A program made the position numbers and the translations under genes. DNA of 49,150 bases, from the NCBI GenBank assembly GCA_944386775.1, contig CALXCJ010000005.1:1-49150 (forward strand). Direction: 5' to 3'. Below the pieces are notes generated by a model. The model was given only the letters and a program-made list of their open reading frames with translations. It made no database searches and was not told the origin of the DNA. Origin of the DNA: an uncultured Clostridia bacterium. GTDB lineage: Bacteria; Bacillota; Clostridia; TANB77; CAG-508. Below, one piece after another: positions 1 through 10,635 of this stretch. How positions within the stretch are numbered: position 1 is the stretch's first letter; each line of letters starts with the position of its first letter.

Positions 1-1075
1 AATGTTACACTTTCTGGACGTTTTTGAGCTATGTTGCTGTTGTCGTCCCATACTTTGGTTGCTTGTACTGTGATTTTGGTGTCTGGAACTTGGTATGTGT
101 TTGTTATTGTAAATCCTTCTTTGTAGTTTCCTTCTATTTTTGTGTTTTCTGATGTGTAGAATATGCTTCCGGTTACTTTTTCTTGTATTGTGTATGTTAT
201 TTCGTTTCCGTATGCATCATATTTTGGTAAGTCTGTGAATGTTCCTTCCCAGTTGTTTGCATTTTCTTCTGTTAGGATTAGTTCTTTTGATGCATTTTTT
301 CCTATTGTTCTGTTTTCAGTTAGTACAAATGTTACACTTTCTGGACGTTTTTGAGCTATGTTGCTGTTGTCGTCCCATACTTTGGTTGCTTGTACTGTGA
401 TTTTGGTATCTGGTACTTCGTATGTATTTGTTATTGTAAAGCCTTCTTTGTAGTCTCCTTCTACTTTTGTATTTTCTGCTGTGTAGAATATGCTTCCGGT
501 TGCTTTTTCTTCTATTGTATATGTTATTTCGTTTCCGTATGCATCATACATTGGTAGGTCTGTGAATGTTCCTTCCCAGTTGTTTGCGTTTTCTTGGTTT
601 GCATTTTTGTTTGTTAAGGTTAGTTCTTTTGTTGCATTTTCTCCTACTGTTCTATTTTCTGTTAGTACAAATGTTACGCTTTCTGGACGTTTTTGGGCTA
701 TATTGCTGTTGTCGTCCCATACTTTAGTTGCTTGTACTGTGATTTTTGTGTCTGGAACTTGGTATGTGTTTGTTATTGTAAATCCTTCTTTGTAGTCTCC
801 TTCTACTTTTGTATTTTGTGCTGTATAGAATATGCTTCCGGTCGCTTTTTCTTGTATTGTGTATGTTATTTCGTTTCCATTATCGTCGTATTTTGGTAGG
901 TTTGTGAATGTTTCTTCCCAGTTGTTTGCATTTTCTTGATTTGCATTTTTTTCTGTTAAGGTTAGTTCTCTTGTTATATTTTCTCCTACTGTTTTTGTTC
1001 CTGTTAATACAAATGTTACACTTTCTGGACGTTTTTTAGCTATATTGCTATTGTCGTTCCATACTTTGGTTACTG
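1..1075 (-). repeat. Tandem near-identical CnaB-type domain repeats (327-342 bp period) within the giant adhesin
   Basis: AATGTTAC(A/G)CT(T/C)TCTGGACGTTTTT recurs at 1, 328, 670 and 1012 (periods 327, 342, 342 bp), all multiples of 3. Confidence 0.92.
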
Positions 1076-4000
1076 GCACATTTATTAAGTACTCTGCTGG
1101 TATTTCATTTTTAGTATTAACTGTTTCTGTTTTTTGTGGTGTAGTAAGCTCTAGTGTAGCTGTTACGTTATTTTCAACTTTTTGATCTGTTACATCTAAG
1201 TTTTTGTATAAAACAGTTATTTCTTTATTTATAGTTACTGTTTTTGGTTCATTTTCAAATGTATTTATGTTTGTTATATTTTCGACCCATGTAATTGTTC
1301 TTGTTTGTTGGTTATATGTACCATTTGCAATATTTACTTTACTATTTTCTTGGTCTAAATCATATGGTAATGTATCTACAATAGTTACTTTTGCATTTCC
1401 TATATATTGATCTATTGTTACTTGGTAATTTATTGTGTATGTTATTGCTTGTGCTGGATCTACTACTTTAGATGTATCAGTTGTTTTTGTTATTTTAGTA
1501 TTGGTTATTGTTGGTTGTTTTAATCTGTAATAATATGTTACTACTGTTTGAGTTTCTTTTATTAAACCTGTAGCATATTCTGGAGTTGACACTAACTCAT
1601 AATTTGCTGGTATATCTGTTGCAGGACTTGTTTTGTATGTACTATCTACTTCTCCTGTTATTGTTTGATCTGGACTTATGCTTTGTGTTGTGTTTTCTAT
1701 ATAGTGATGTACTAGTACTGTTCCTTCATTTAGTTTATAATAATAGATTACTTGTTGCTCTTTTTCTGTGTATTCTCCACTTGTATTTCCTACAATTTCT
1801 ACTAGCTTATATTTTGTGCTTACATTTTCCGCTTCTTTTGATGCCCATATTTCTCCTATTTTTCCTGTTTGTTTTATATCTTCTACTACTTGTCCTTCTG
1901 TTTTTGATGGTACTTTTTCATTTGTTCCTTGGATATAGTAGTGTACTATAACTGTACCTTGTTTCTTTTCATTACTTAAGTTTAGTTCAAAACTTTCTTG
2001 GTCTTTTGTTATTTCTATTGTTTTTGTAGGATTTTGTGGTAACTGGTAATCATCTTTTGTTTCTGTTTCTGTTATTTCATATGTTCCTGCTTCTAGTGTT
2101 ACCTTAATTTTACCTGTTTCGTCTGTTTGGTATTCTTTAACATTTTGTGTTTCTGTATTTTTTATTGTGAATTTTATTCCTTCTAGTAATTGTTCTTCTT
2201 CACCTGTTTTTATTATTGTTAGTGGTCTTTCCACTAGTTTATAGTAATATGTTACTATAACTTCATCTCCTGTATAGTATCCATTTGCATCTTGTGGTAT
2301 TTCCGCTAATTCGTATTTGTCACTTAATTGTTCAGTGCTTATACTTTCTGTTGTATATGCTTCGTTTTCTTTTCCACTTTTGTGTTCATCTTGGGCTGTT
2401 CCTGTTTTTAATGGTACACTTTGTGTTGTCCCTTCTATGTAGTGATGTACTGTTAATGGTATTTCTTTTTCTTCATAATAATATTTTACTTCTTGCTGTG
2501 TTGTTTGGAATTTACCTGTTGCATTAGTTGGTATAACATATTCACCTTGAGCATCTTTTTCTAGGTCGTATTTTTCTAGGTCTAAGTGTGGAGTTGATGT
2601 ATAATTTTCGTTTGCCTTTCCTTGTAGTAGTTCATCTTCTGCTACTTTTATTTCAGTGTATTTTCCAGTGTTGTCTTTTAGATAGTGATGTACTAGTACT
2701 GTTGCGTATTTTTCATTTTGTATTGTTATTTCTTTTTCTCCATCTGATGTGAAATCTATTTCTGTTGGTGTTTCGTTTAAGATATATCCTTCTGGTGCTT
2801 TTGTTTCTGTTATTTTGTATTTTCCGAATGGCAGTTGTACTATTCCTTGGCCTTTGCTGTCTGTTGTTACTTCTACACTATATGCTTCTTGGCTTTCTAC
2901 TTCTTGCTTTTCTATTTTAAATGTTGCACCTTGTAGTTTGTTTCCTTGTGCATCTGTTTTATTTATTGTTAATTTATTGGTTTTTAGTGCGAATGTTACT
3001 ACTATATGCTTGTCTTCTGTCATATTTGTGAATTTTGGCATTGTGTATGTTCCATCTGGATTTGTTTCAAATGGATATTCTTCGCCATTTATTGTAATTG
3101 ATATTAATTCATATGTACTGTCTTGTGGTTTTATTTCTATTGATTTTTGGCTGTTTTCATTGTATTTTACTGTCTCAAATGGTATTTGGTCTTCGCCTGA
3201 TATTGTTCCACCTTTTTCTCCATTGATTTCTCTTACATCTGTTGTTATTTCGAATTGTTTTATGGTGTTTTCTACTGTGAGTTCTTGAACTTCGGGAACT
3301 GCACCTAAAATACTTAAATTTAATATTATTGTATCAGTTCCTCCGTTAGTGTTTACACTTTTATCACCTATCGATACCTCTTTACTTTTTGAAGTTCCTG
3401 TTACAATAAATGATTTGTCGTCTATCTGAATCATATGATTAAGTGATTGAGCTGAAGTTCCTGATGTAGTTGTTCTCCATCTTTCTATTCCTTTTTCATC
3501 ATAAAATACAAGTATTCCTTCATTTTTGGATATACCAGAAACTAAGTATCCTTTATTTTCTATTTGTACAGTATCATATAATGCACTACTATAACTACTA
3601 TTACGTGTAATTTTATTTGCCCATTCAGCATTTCCATTTTTATCATATTTAACAATCATTCCTAAAGTTAGATAACTAGAACCATAACTAATGTCACCTT
3701 CTAATATTACGCCATTTCCAAAATTTACATCTTGTGTATACCCACCAACAGCTATTATCCCATCATCTTCTGTTTGCATGATATCATATATATTCTCATA
3801 TCCTCTGTCTCCATCTGTATAATTTCCCCAAATTGCAACATCATTTTTATTATATTTTATTATAAATGTTCTATTACCTAAAAAGTCTGTTGGTGTTATA
3901 GTTACATTATCTTGTATTATAGTTTCATTAAAATCTCCTGATACTACATAACCTTCATCATTCAAAGGTGTAATAACATCCACACCTCTTGCTAAAGCTT

Positions 4001-7000
4001 TTACCCACTGCACTTTTCCATCTTTGCTATATTTTGCTAGCATTCCATTTTGATAGTAATTATTTAGGTAAAAAGATTGTCCCTGTATTTGAATCCTTTT
4101 TCCAGTAACAGTACCTCCCACAATTATTGAACCATCATAAGTCTCTGCTACTCCATTAAATTCAGCCTTTTCACCTTGTGTAGATGTTGCCCATTCTACT
4201 TCTCCTTGGGCATTATACTTTATTATCATCGCATCGGTATCTCCACTATTAGTCAATATATAATCTCCAAGCTGCACCATAGTACTTGAAAAACTACCAA
4301 CTACTATAAATCCTCCATCTTTAGTTGTTATTAATTCGGATATTGATTCATTTTTATTTCCACCTAGTGTTTTAATCCATTTTATATTATTGTTATTATC
4401 ACATTTTATAAAAACTATATCATTATATGATGATGAAACACTTGTATTATATATTGTGTTATTTCCTAATTTTAAGTTATCCGATTTAAAACTTCCTGCT
4501 AATATATATCCGTCATCTACTGTTTTTTCTATACGAGTTATCATATCATCACCATTTGATCCAATAGATTTTAATTGGTCATAATTAAATTCTAATTTTA
4601 CTTGTTCTTTATAGTTTACTATAGCAGTATTAGACGTAAGCTCTTCGTTCATTTCAATTCCATCAGCAAAAACAGTTTCTCGAGAGAAGTAACCACCTAA
4701 TAAATATTCTCCTTTATTAATTTCTATTATTCCTGCAATTGAGTTACTATACCTTCCTTCAATAGTGTCTGCCAAAATTAATTTTCCATTTTTATCATAT
4801 TTTATTAACATTCCTGCACTATAATATCGACTTGTTTCTATTAATTCTATATTATTTTCCAATAACAATTTGTCACTTTCAAATGAACCTACTAAAATAA
4901 AATCTCCCTCACTAGTCTCAATTACAGAATTAATTGCATCTTCATCATTACCTCCTATTAATTTTGCCCATTCTGTTTTACCATTACTATCATATTTAAT
5001 TAATATTGCATCATTAGTAGGTATTATTGAACCATTATCTCCATTATAACTGAAAGTTAAGCCATTATCTAATGTTATCATATCTGTTGAAAATGATCCA
5101 ACTACAATATACCCATCATCAGATGTCTGTTTTATATCTTTAATTATGAAAGTTCTAGATGTACTTCCTTCCGTTTTAATTGTTTGTGTCCATTCTATAT
5201 CTCCATTTCTATCATATTTAATTAATACTCCATTACGGCTACCATTTCCAGTCAAAATATAACCATTACCTAAATCTATTTCTTGACTATTAAAATATCC
5301 CCCAATTATATAACCACCGTCATTTGTCTTACACAATGAATAAATAGCATCATCTGCTTCTGTACCAATATTGTTTCTAGATACTTCGTTTCCAGAATTG
5401 TCAAATTCAACCAATAACATATCACTTGAAGATCTTCCCCCAGCCATAAAGTTTCCATTTTCCATTTCTATTATATCTTCAAATGAATCAAATTCAGTTG
5501 TTCCAATACTTTTTCCCCATTGCATAACACCTTGACTATTGTACTTTAATATCATTGCATCCCAATTAGTGCCACCAGTAGTAGTATTCAATATCTCACC
5601 ATTATCTAAAATAATCTTATAATTAAATCTACCTACAATTATGTATTCACCTTTACTTGTTTCTATTAATGAATTAATATATACATTTCCGTCATCACTT
5701 CTCAATATTTTAGCCCATTCAGCATTTCTATCTACATCATATTTTACAATTATATTAGCTCCTCCGCTTGTACGAGGAAGATCTATTTCTACTCCATTTC
5801 CAAAATTATATATTCCTTGATAAGTTTCTATAACCATAATATAACCACCATCTGATGTTTCTTTAAACATTGTTAGTTCATTTTGATAATCTGCATCAAT
5901 TTCTTCTACCCATTGTGCTTGTAGTTCTTTTGATTCTTCTCTAGATGTGCCTATTCCAAAATAATATTCTTGCCCTTCTATCTCATATTGTTCTGGTGCT
6001 TCTACTTCCACTGCTTTATATAGACCTTCTGCCAAGTCTGCTGTTATTTCTCCGTTTTGGTTTGTTGTTAGGGTATAATATTCTTTTTCACCTATAATCT
6101 CCCTTGTTCCTAAAATCTCTCCTTTACTATTTGTAGCTGGAACTTCTCCATTTTCTACATTATATATTGCAAATTTTACATTTGATATGGTTTGCTTTGT
6201 TTCAGCATCTATTTTTACAAGTTTAAATGATGGGCTATCTTCTAGTGTTAGTTTTATTGTATTTCCATCAGATGTATAATTTGAGCCCAAAACTTCTTGT
6301 CCATCTTCATTTACTTCATAGAAGTTTAAAGTTCCATTTTCTTGTTGTACTTTGAAGCTTATATCTTTTACCTTAGCATATCCATCTGGAGCTAATACTT
6401 CTTTTAATGTATATATTTGATCTATATCCTTTCCTTCTACATATTGATATAAACCATTTATTGTTAATTTTCCTGTATTATCAGTTATATATTCTCCTAT
6501 TTCTTCTGTTTCTTTATATAATTTAAATTTTGCACCTTGTAAATATTCTATTTCTTCATTTGACGAATCTGTTTGACTTTCTGCATTTTCTTGCTCATCA
6601 TTTAATATTGTTTCAATCACTTTTTTAATTTTTGTTATTTCTAAATTGTATGTTGGTATTTTTTCATTTTCTAGTATTATATTTATTGTTGGTATTCCAT
6701 TGTCAATTATTATTTCATTACTTGCTACTGTTCCTGAGGTTATTTGAATTGTATAATTTCCATCGCTATTTATAATTTTAAATTTTATAGTATCTGCTAT
6801 ATAATATCCTTCTGCTTTTGTTTCTTGCAAAGTGTATTCTTCTTCAATTGCTAAACCACTTATTGTTGCTTCACCATCTGAATTTGTAGATATTGTCTTA
6901 CCAGATTGTGGTAAACCATATCCTGTTAATTTAAAACGTACTCCTTGTATAGCATTTTCTGTTCCTTCTTCTTTTTTAATTATTTTTATACTAGCTTTTA

Positions 7001-10000
7001 CTTCATCTTCTACCTGAATTAATACTTTATAATTTTCACTTGCATCTTTTTGAATAGTAATGTCTTCTTTTGTATTGCCTGCTAAAGTTTCTGCTGATAA
7101 GTTTCCTTCGTCATCTACATTTGTAGTAAATCTTATAGTTTCTGCATTTAGTTCATAATTTTCTGGTGATTTTATTTCTTTTATTTCATATGTTTTCTCT
7201 GCATATAAATTAGTAATTGTTAATTTTCCTTGAGCATTAGTTACACCAGTTCTACCATTTTCTTGAACTTCGTCATTTATTACTTCATTTACACTATATG
7301 TTGCCCCTGGAACAAGTTTGTCCATTCCTGTTTGGTATTTAGTAAGTTCTAAATCATATTTTTCTGCAATTCTAAAACCTAGTTTATTTGGCTCTGTTTG
7401 GGTTCTATATTTTCCTTGATCTGTATCTAAAGAAAAATATATTCCGTGGTGGCTATATGAAACTTCATTAAATTCTACACCTTTTGGTATTTGAATAATA
7501 TAATTAAATATAAATTCTTTTCCTGTTGGCATTATATAGCTTCCTAGGTCTATTAAGTATGTTTTTATATTATCCCAGTTTTCTACATCTCCCGCTTCTT
7601 TCCAATTATTTTCTACTTTTTCTAAGTCTCTATCTGGGTTTTCATTATCTGAATAATATACTTTTGCTATTCCTTGTAATTCTGCTGGTAATTCTATTCC
7701 AGTATTTTTCATAGTAGTTGTAAATGAAGAGCCTAAACTTTCCCCAGCTATTACATATGTATTTCCTTCAAAAGGTATTTTACCTAATATTTGTATTTCA
7801 CTAATTGTGCTTGCATAATTATTTCTTACTTGTACCCCTATTTTAGCTGTTTGTTCTGTTTCTTGGTCTACTAATGCATATGCTGGCTTTATATCTGCAA
7901 CTTGTGGTGATATTATCTTACTTCCTTTATCATCATATTCTGTTGCAATTTGGTTAGTTAATAAAGAGTTTGGGCTTACCATACTTATATTTACTGTTTT
8001 ATGGTTTACCTGCTCATCTACATTCATATTATTATTTACATCATAAATATCGTTATCACTATAATAATATTGACCTATATTTTCATTGCTTGCATATAAT
8101 TCAATTTTGCTTGTTTCTGTTGATATAGTTGGGTTTGGCGAAATATCTACATCTAAAGTTATTATATAACTTTGAGGTTCTTCATTGCTTGTAACTATTT
8201 TTATGAATTTTTGTCCATTTTGCTCTATTACTTCATAGCTTTCTATTAATACATTTACATTACTTATTTCTATGTTATTAATTTCTAAATCTATAACCCC
8301 TATTGGAAATTCTATTAAAAATATTCCGTTTAACCATTTTACTTGATTATAACTTTCTATTGCTTCTGTTTGTATTGTTAGCTTTAAGTTTTTTTCTGTT
8401 ACTTGTGTTGATAATATATCTTTACTAAGATTAATTGTAGCTATTGATATTGGCTCTTCATAGTTTGCTTGTGATGTAACTGTTTTTATATATTCGCCTG
8501 ATATATATCCTACTAAAGTTGATTTAATATATTGTAATTTAGCAAATTCTTCTTGTGTGTATTTTCCAATTACTTTATCAACATCTATTTCTTTTACATT
8601 ATAAGCATATAAAGATTCTTCATTTTTTATTATATTACTTGTTTCTATTCTTATATGTTTTACTGGCATTTCATATATGTATGGGTTACTTGATGTATAA
8701 TCATTCCAATTATCCATAGTAAATGTTACAATTAAATTTCCCGTACTTTCGTCATATACTCTAATCCAGCCTTCATCTCCAAGTATTTTGTCTGCATTGC
8801 TAAAATATATTCCTACATTTGATATTACATCATCTGTACTTTCTGTACTTGAATCTTGTTTTATAAATTGATCTGTTACTTGAGTTTCTCCATCTTTTGT
8901 TTCTTTCATTACTATTCCATCAAGTTTAGCATTTGTTCCTATATATGCTCTCCAAGTGACTGTGTATGTATCATCTACTTCTTGTTCGCTTTGACCATTA
9001 TATACTTTAAGTGGTTTTTCTTTAGATATGACATTTCTTGAATATGGACTATATATTCTCTTTCCTATAGTTATTTCAAAATTAGATTCATATATCTGTT
9101 CTTCTGTTTTTTCTTCTTCTTTTTCATAATTTACAATTATAGTTGATTCTACAACATTTGATTTATATGGATTGGTAAATTCTGAACTAGTGTTATTATA
9201 CCCCTCATAATATGTACTAACAGGAATTCGTAACTCTACAGTTTCTGTTCCTAAACTTTGGTATGCCTCTATAGGGTACACTACTCTAATTGAATAACTA
9301 TTTGTCCTTGACAATCTACCTGTTACTGTTCCATCTGCTTCAACTGTAGCTTCTCTTTCCAAAGTAAATTTACAAGATGAAACATCATAATTAAATGTAG
9401 CATTACTTCCTGTATATATTACCTCTATTGGTGCATATCCATTTAAATATGGTATTTTTCCTTCAACATAATTACTAGCTAAAATTAGTTCTTGTTTTGT
9501 TTCTTCTGTATTTACAGTAAAATCTAAATTTATCAAACCATTTTCTTCATCTATTGCTTCTTCTATATTTTTGCTTTGGTTTAATGAATACATTCTTGCA
9601 GTTACTGTTCCATACCAATCTACTTCGAAATTGACTGTTTTAGAAAATTTTATTGAAGTTCCACTTCCATCTACATATGTACCAGAAAATACTACATTAT
9701 TTGTATTACTATAATTATATATATTATTACCTATTGCATCTAACATTGTTGAAGGATATGAGTAATCACCACTTCTTACAATTCCTGTTAATAACTTTTC
9801 TGTTCCATTATTAATTGATTGGAACTCAATAGTTTTTATATTATTCCCAATATAATTATCTTTTAATTCTTCATCTTTTGGTAATGCTGTTTGTAAATAG
9901 AAATTTTTACCATTGATTTCTATTTTTGCTTCACTTAAATATCCTTCTGTTTGCACATTTAATTCCATATACAATGTATCTTCTTTTCCAACTTCTCTAC

Positions 10001-10328
10001 TAGTTCCTCTTATTTTATCTGCATAGCCATCTCCATCTATGTCACGCAAAAAGAAGGCATCAAATTCAAGTCCATTGATACCAGTTACCTTGTTTTCATC
10101 ATCTTCTACTAGTGGATATGACATTGCCTTTGCAAGTTCCGGACTTATTCCTCCTTGGCTATTTTGGGTAGTATTTCCTTGCAAAATTGCTACTATAGCT
10201 ATTGATATTATTACTAACATAGCTAAAGTGCTTGTTACAACTTGAACTTTATACTTTTTCAAATTTTCTATAAAATGTGAAAAAATACCTTTACCTTTTT
10301 GTGTTATTTTTTTAAACTCTTTTCCCAT
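1..10328 (-). CDS. Giant multidomain cell-surface adhesin (>3,440 aa, 3' end outside the window): N-terminal TM/signal, ~950-aa 'A-type' scaffold, SpaA/prealbumin-like domains, ~870-aa beta-propeller region, MucBP-like domains, DUF11-like domain, CnaB-type repeats
   Basis: ATG at 10328 with AAGGGG upstream gives MGKEFKKITQKGKGIFSHFIENLKKYKVQVVTSTLAMLVIISIAIVAIL. The same frame was checked at ~8460, ~7850, ~5750, ~1868 and 50 (WDDNSNIAQKRPESVT). No minus-strand ORF with a stop appears in the track here, consistent with one open frame. Motifs: VLVHHY...VTYYY (MucBP-like, ~1525-2700), KVWDDNSN...KRPESVT...DLPKYD (CnaB), KYD..G..EWAK repeats (propeller). Confidence 0.9.
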   Translation of the reverse strand, partial: MGKEFKKITQKGKGIFSHFIENLKKYKVQVVTSTLAMLVIISIAIVAILQGNTTQNSQGGISPELAKAMSYPLVEDDENKVTGINGLEFDAFFLRDIDGDGYADKIRGTSREVGKEDTLYMELNVQTEGYLSEAKIEINGKNFYLQTALPKDEELKDNYIGNNIKTIEFQSINNGTEKLLTGIVRSGDYSYPSTMLDAIGNNIYNYSNTNNVVFSGTYVDGSGTSIKFSKTVNFEVDWYGTVTARMYSLNQSKNIEEAIDEENGLINLDFTVNTEETKQELILASNYVEGKIPYLNGYAPIEVIYTGSNATFNYDVSSCKFTLEREATVEADGTVTGRLSRTNSYSIRVVYPIEAYQSLGTETVELRIPVSTYYEGYNNTSSEFTNPYKSNVVESTIIVNYEKEEEKTEEQIYESNFEITIGKRIYSPYSRNVISKEKPLKVYNGQSEQEVDDTYTVTWRAYIGTNAKLDGIVMKETKDGETQVTDQFIKQDSSTESTDDVISNVGIYFSNADKILGDEGWIRVYDESTGNLIVTFTMDNWNDYTSSNPYIYEMPVKHIRIETSNIIKNEESLYAYNVKEIDVDKVIGKYTQEEFAKLQYIKSTLVGYISGEYIKTVTSQANYEEPISIATINLSKDILSTQVTEKNLKLTIQTEAIESYNQVKWLNGIFLIEFPIGVIDLEINNIEISNVNVLIESYEVIEQNGQKFIKIVTSNEEPQSYIITLDVDISPNPTISTETSKIELYASNENIGQYYYSDNDIYDVNNNMNVDEQVNHKTVNISMVSPNSLLTNQIATEYDDKGSKIISPQVADIKPAYALVDQETEQTAKIGVQVRNNYASTISEIQILGKIPFEGNTYVIAGESLGSSFTTTMKNTGIELPAELQGIAKVYYSDNENPDRDLEKVENNWKEAGDVENWDNIKTYLIDLGSYIMPTGKEFIFNYIIQIPKGVEFNEVSYSHHGIYFSLDTDQGKYRTQTEPNKLGFRIAEKYDLELTKYQTGMDKLVPGATYSVNEVINDEVQENGRTGVTNAQGKLTITNLYAEKTYEIKEIKSPENYELNAETIRFTTNVDDEGNLSAETLAGNTKEDITIQKDASENYKVLIQVEDEVKASIKIIKKEEGTENAIQGVRFKLTGYGLPQSGKTISTNSDGEATISGLAIEEEYTLQETKAEGYYIADTIKFKIINSDGNYTIQITSGTVASNEIIIDNGIPTINIILENEKIPTYNLEITKIKKVIETILNDEQENAESQTDSSNEEIEYLQGAKFKLYKETEEIGEYITDNTGKLTINGLYQYVEGKDIDQIYTLKEVLAPDGYAKVKDISFKVQQENGTLNFYEVNEDGQEVLGSNYTSDGNTIKLTLEDSPSFKLVKIDAETKQTISNVKFAIYNVENGEVPATNSKGEILGTREIIGEKEYYTLTTNQNGEITADLAEGLYKAVEVEAPEQYEIEGQEYYFGIGTSREESKELQAQWVEEIDADYQNELTMFKETSDGGYIMVIETYQGIYNFGNGVEIDLPRTSGGANIIVKYDVDRNAEWAKILRSDDGNVYINSLIETSKGEYIIVGRFNYKIILDNGEILNTTTGGTNWDAMILKYNSQGVMQWGKSIGTTEFDSFEDIIEMENGNFMAGGRSSSDMLLVEFDNSGNEVSRNNIGTEADDAIYSLCKTNDGGYIIGGYFNSQEIDLGNGYILTGNGSRNGVLIKYDRNGDIEWTQTIKTEGSTSRTFIIKDIKQTSDDGYIVVGSFSTDMITLDNGLTFSYNGDNGSIIPTNDAILIKYDSNGKTEWAKLIGGNDEDAINSVIETSEGDFILVGSFESDKLLLENNIELIETSRYYSAGMLIKYDKNGKLILADTIEGRYSNSIAGIIEINKGEYLLGGYFSRETVFADGIEMNEELTSNTAIVNYKEQVKLEFNYDQLKSIGSNGDDMITRIEKTVDDGYILAGSFKSDNLKLGNNTIYNTSVSSSYNDIVFIKCDNNNNIKWIKTLGGNKNESISELITTKDGGFIVVGSFSSTMVQLGDYILTNSGDTDAMIIKYNAQGEVEWATSTQGEKAEFNGVAETYDGSIIVGGTVTGKRIQIQGQSFYLNNYYQNGMLAKYSKDGKVQWVKALARGVDVITPLNDEGYVVSGDFNETIIQDNVTITPTDFLGNRTFIIKYNKNDVAIWGNYTDGDRGYENIYDIMQTEDDGIIAVGGYTQDVNFGNGVILEGDISYGSSYLTLGMIVKYDKNGNAEWANKITRNSSYSSALYDTVQIENKGYLVSGISKNEGILVFYDEKGIERWRTTTSGTSAQSLNHMIQIDDKSFIVTGTSKSKEVSIGDKSVNTNGGTDTIILNLSILGAVPEVQELTVENTIKQFEITTDVREINGEKGGTISGEDQIPFETVKYNENSQKSIEIKPQDSTYELISITINGEEYPFETNPDGTYTMPKFTNMTEDKHIVVTFALKTNKLTINKTDAQGNKLQGATFKIEKQEVESQEAYSVEVTTDSKGQGIVQLPFGKYKITETKAPEGYILNETPTEIDFTSDGEKEITIQNEKYATVLVHHYLKDNTGKYTEIKVAEDELLQGKANENYTSTPHLDLEKYDLEKDAQGEYVIPTNATGKFQTTQQEVKYYYEEKEIPLTVHHYIEGTTQSVPLKTGTAQDEHKSGKENEAYTTESISTEQLSDKYELAEIPQDANGYYTGDEVIVTYYYKLVERPLTIIKTGEEEQLLEGIKFTIKNTETQNVKEYQTDETGKIKVTLEAGTYEITETETKDDYQLPQNPTKTIEITKDQESFELNLSNEKKQGTVIVHYYIQGTNEKVPSKTEGQVVEDIKQTGKIGEIWASKEAENVSTKYKLVEIVGNTSGEYTEKEQQVIYYYKLNEGTVLVHHYIENTTQSISPDQTITGEVDSTYKTSPATDIPANYELVSTPEYATGLIKETQTVVTYYYRLKQPTITNTKITKTTDTSKVVDPAQAITYTINYQVTIDQYIGNAKVTIVDTLPYDLDQENSKVNIANGTYNQQTRTITWVENITNINTFENEPKTVTINKEITVLYKNLDVTDQKVENNVTATLELTTPQKTETVNTKNEIPAEYLINVPVTKVWNDNSNIAKKRPESVTFVLTGTKTVGENITRELTLTEKNANQENANNWEETFTNLPKYDDNGNEITYTIQEKATGSIFYTAQNTKVEGDYKEGFTITNTYQVPDTKITVQATKVWDDNSNIAQKRPESVTFVLTENRTVGENATKELTLTNKNANQENANNWEGTFTDLPMYDAYGNEITYTIEEKATGSIFYTAENTKVEGDYKEGFTITNTYEVPDTKITVQATKVWDDNSNIAQKRPESVTFVLTENRTIGKNASKELILTEENANNWEGTFTDLPKYDAYGNEITYTIQEKVTGSIFYTSENTKIEGNYKEGFTITNTYQVPDTKITVQATKVWDDNSNIAQKRPESVT

Positions 10329-10433
10329 AACAAACAGTCCCCTTTGCTTTTTATATTTATATATATTTTACATTCTGAAAAGATGTAAGTAAATAGGACT
10401 TTTTTTAGGCTTTTTTTATAAGTTTTAAAACTA

Positions 10434-10497
10434 TTACGGAAAGACATTTTCTGACATTTTGTGATTTTTATTAATTTTGCTTTACATTTTTGTTACA
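10434..10497 (-). promoter_or_regulatory. WalR/OmpR-type direct-repeat box plus TTTCCGTAA motif upstream of the giant adhesin
   Basis: Minus strand TGTAAC-AAAAA-TGTAAA (10497-10481), a 38-bp gap, then TTTCCGTAA (10442-10434). The same arrangement occurs at 35879-35953 and 46622-46685. Confidence 0.65.
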
Positions 10498-10583
10498 TAA
10501 TTTTAATTTTTAATGGCGTTTTCTAGGGATTTATAGGTTTTGCCTTTAGATTTAACCTTATTTTAAATAGATTTTAGAAATCA

Positions 10584-10625
10584 AAAAAAGGTTAATTGTG
10601 ATATATGTCACAATTAACCTTTTTT
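10584..10625. terminator. Intrinsic terminator (bidirectional shape) after the 3D-domain gene
   Basis: AAAAAAGGTTAATTGTGA-tatatg-TCACAATTAACCTTTTTT inverted repeat, 10 bp past the stop at 10636. Confidence 0.85.
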
Positions 10626-10635
10626 ATTATTTTTA

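Noticed and set aside
10329..10580. c-di-GMP riboswitch in the leaders of the adhesin loci
   Set aside because: No GEMM-type GCAAA/GAAA two-stem pattern was visible in any of the three leaders.
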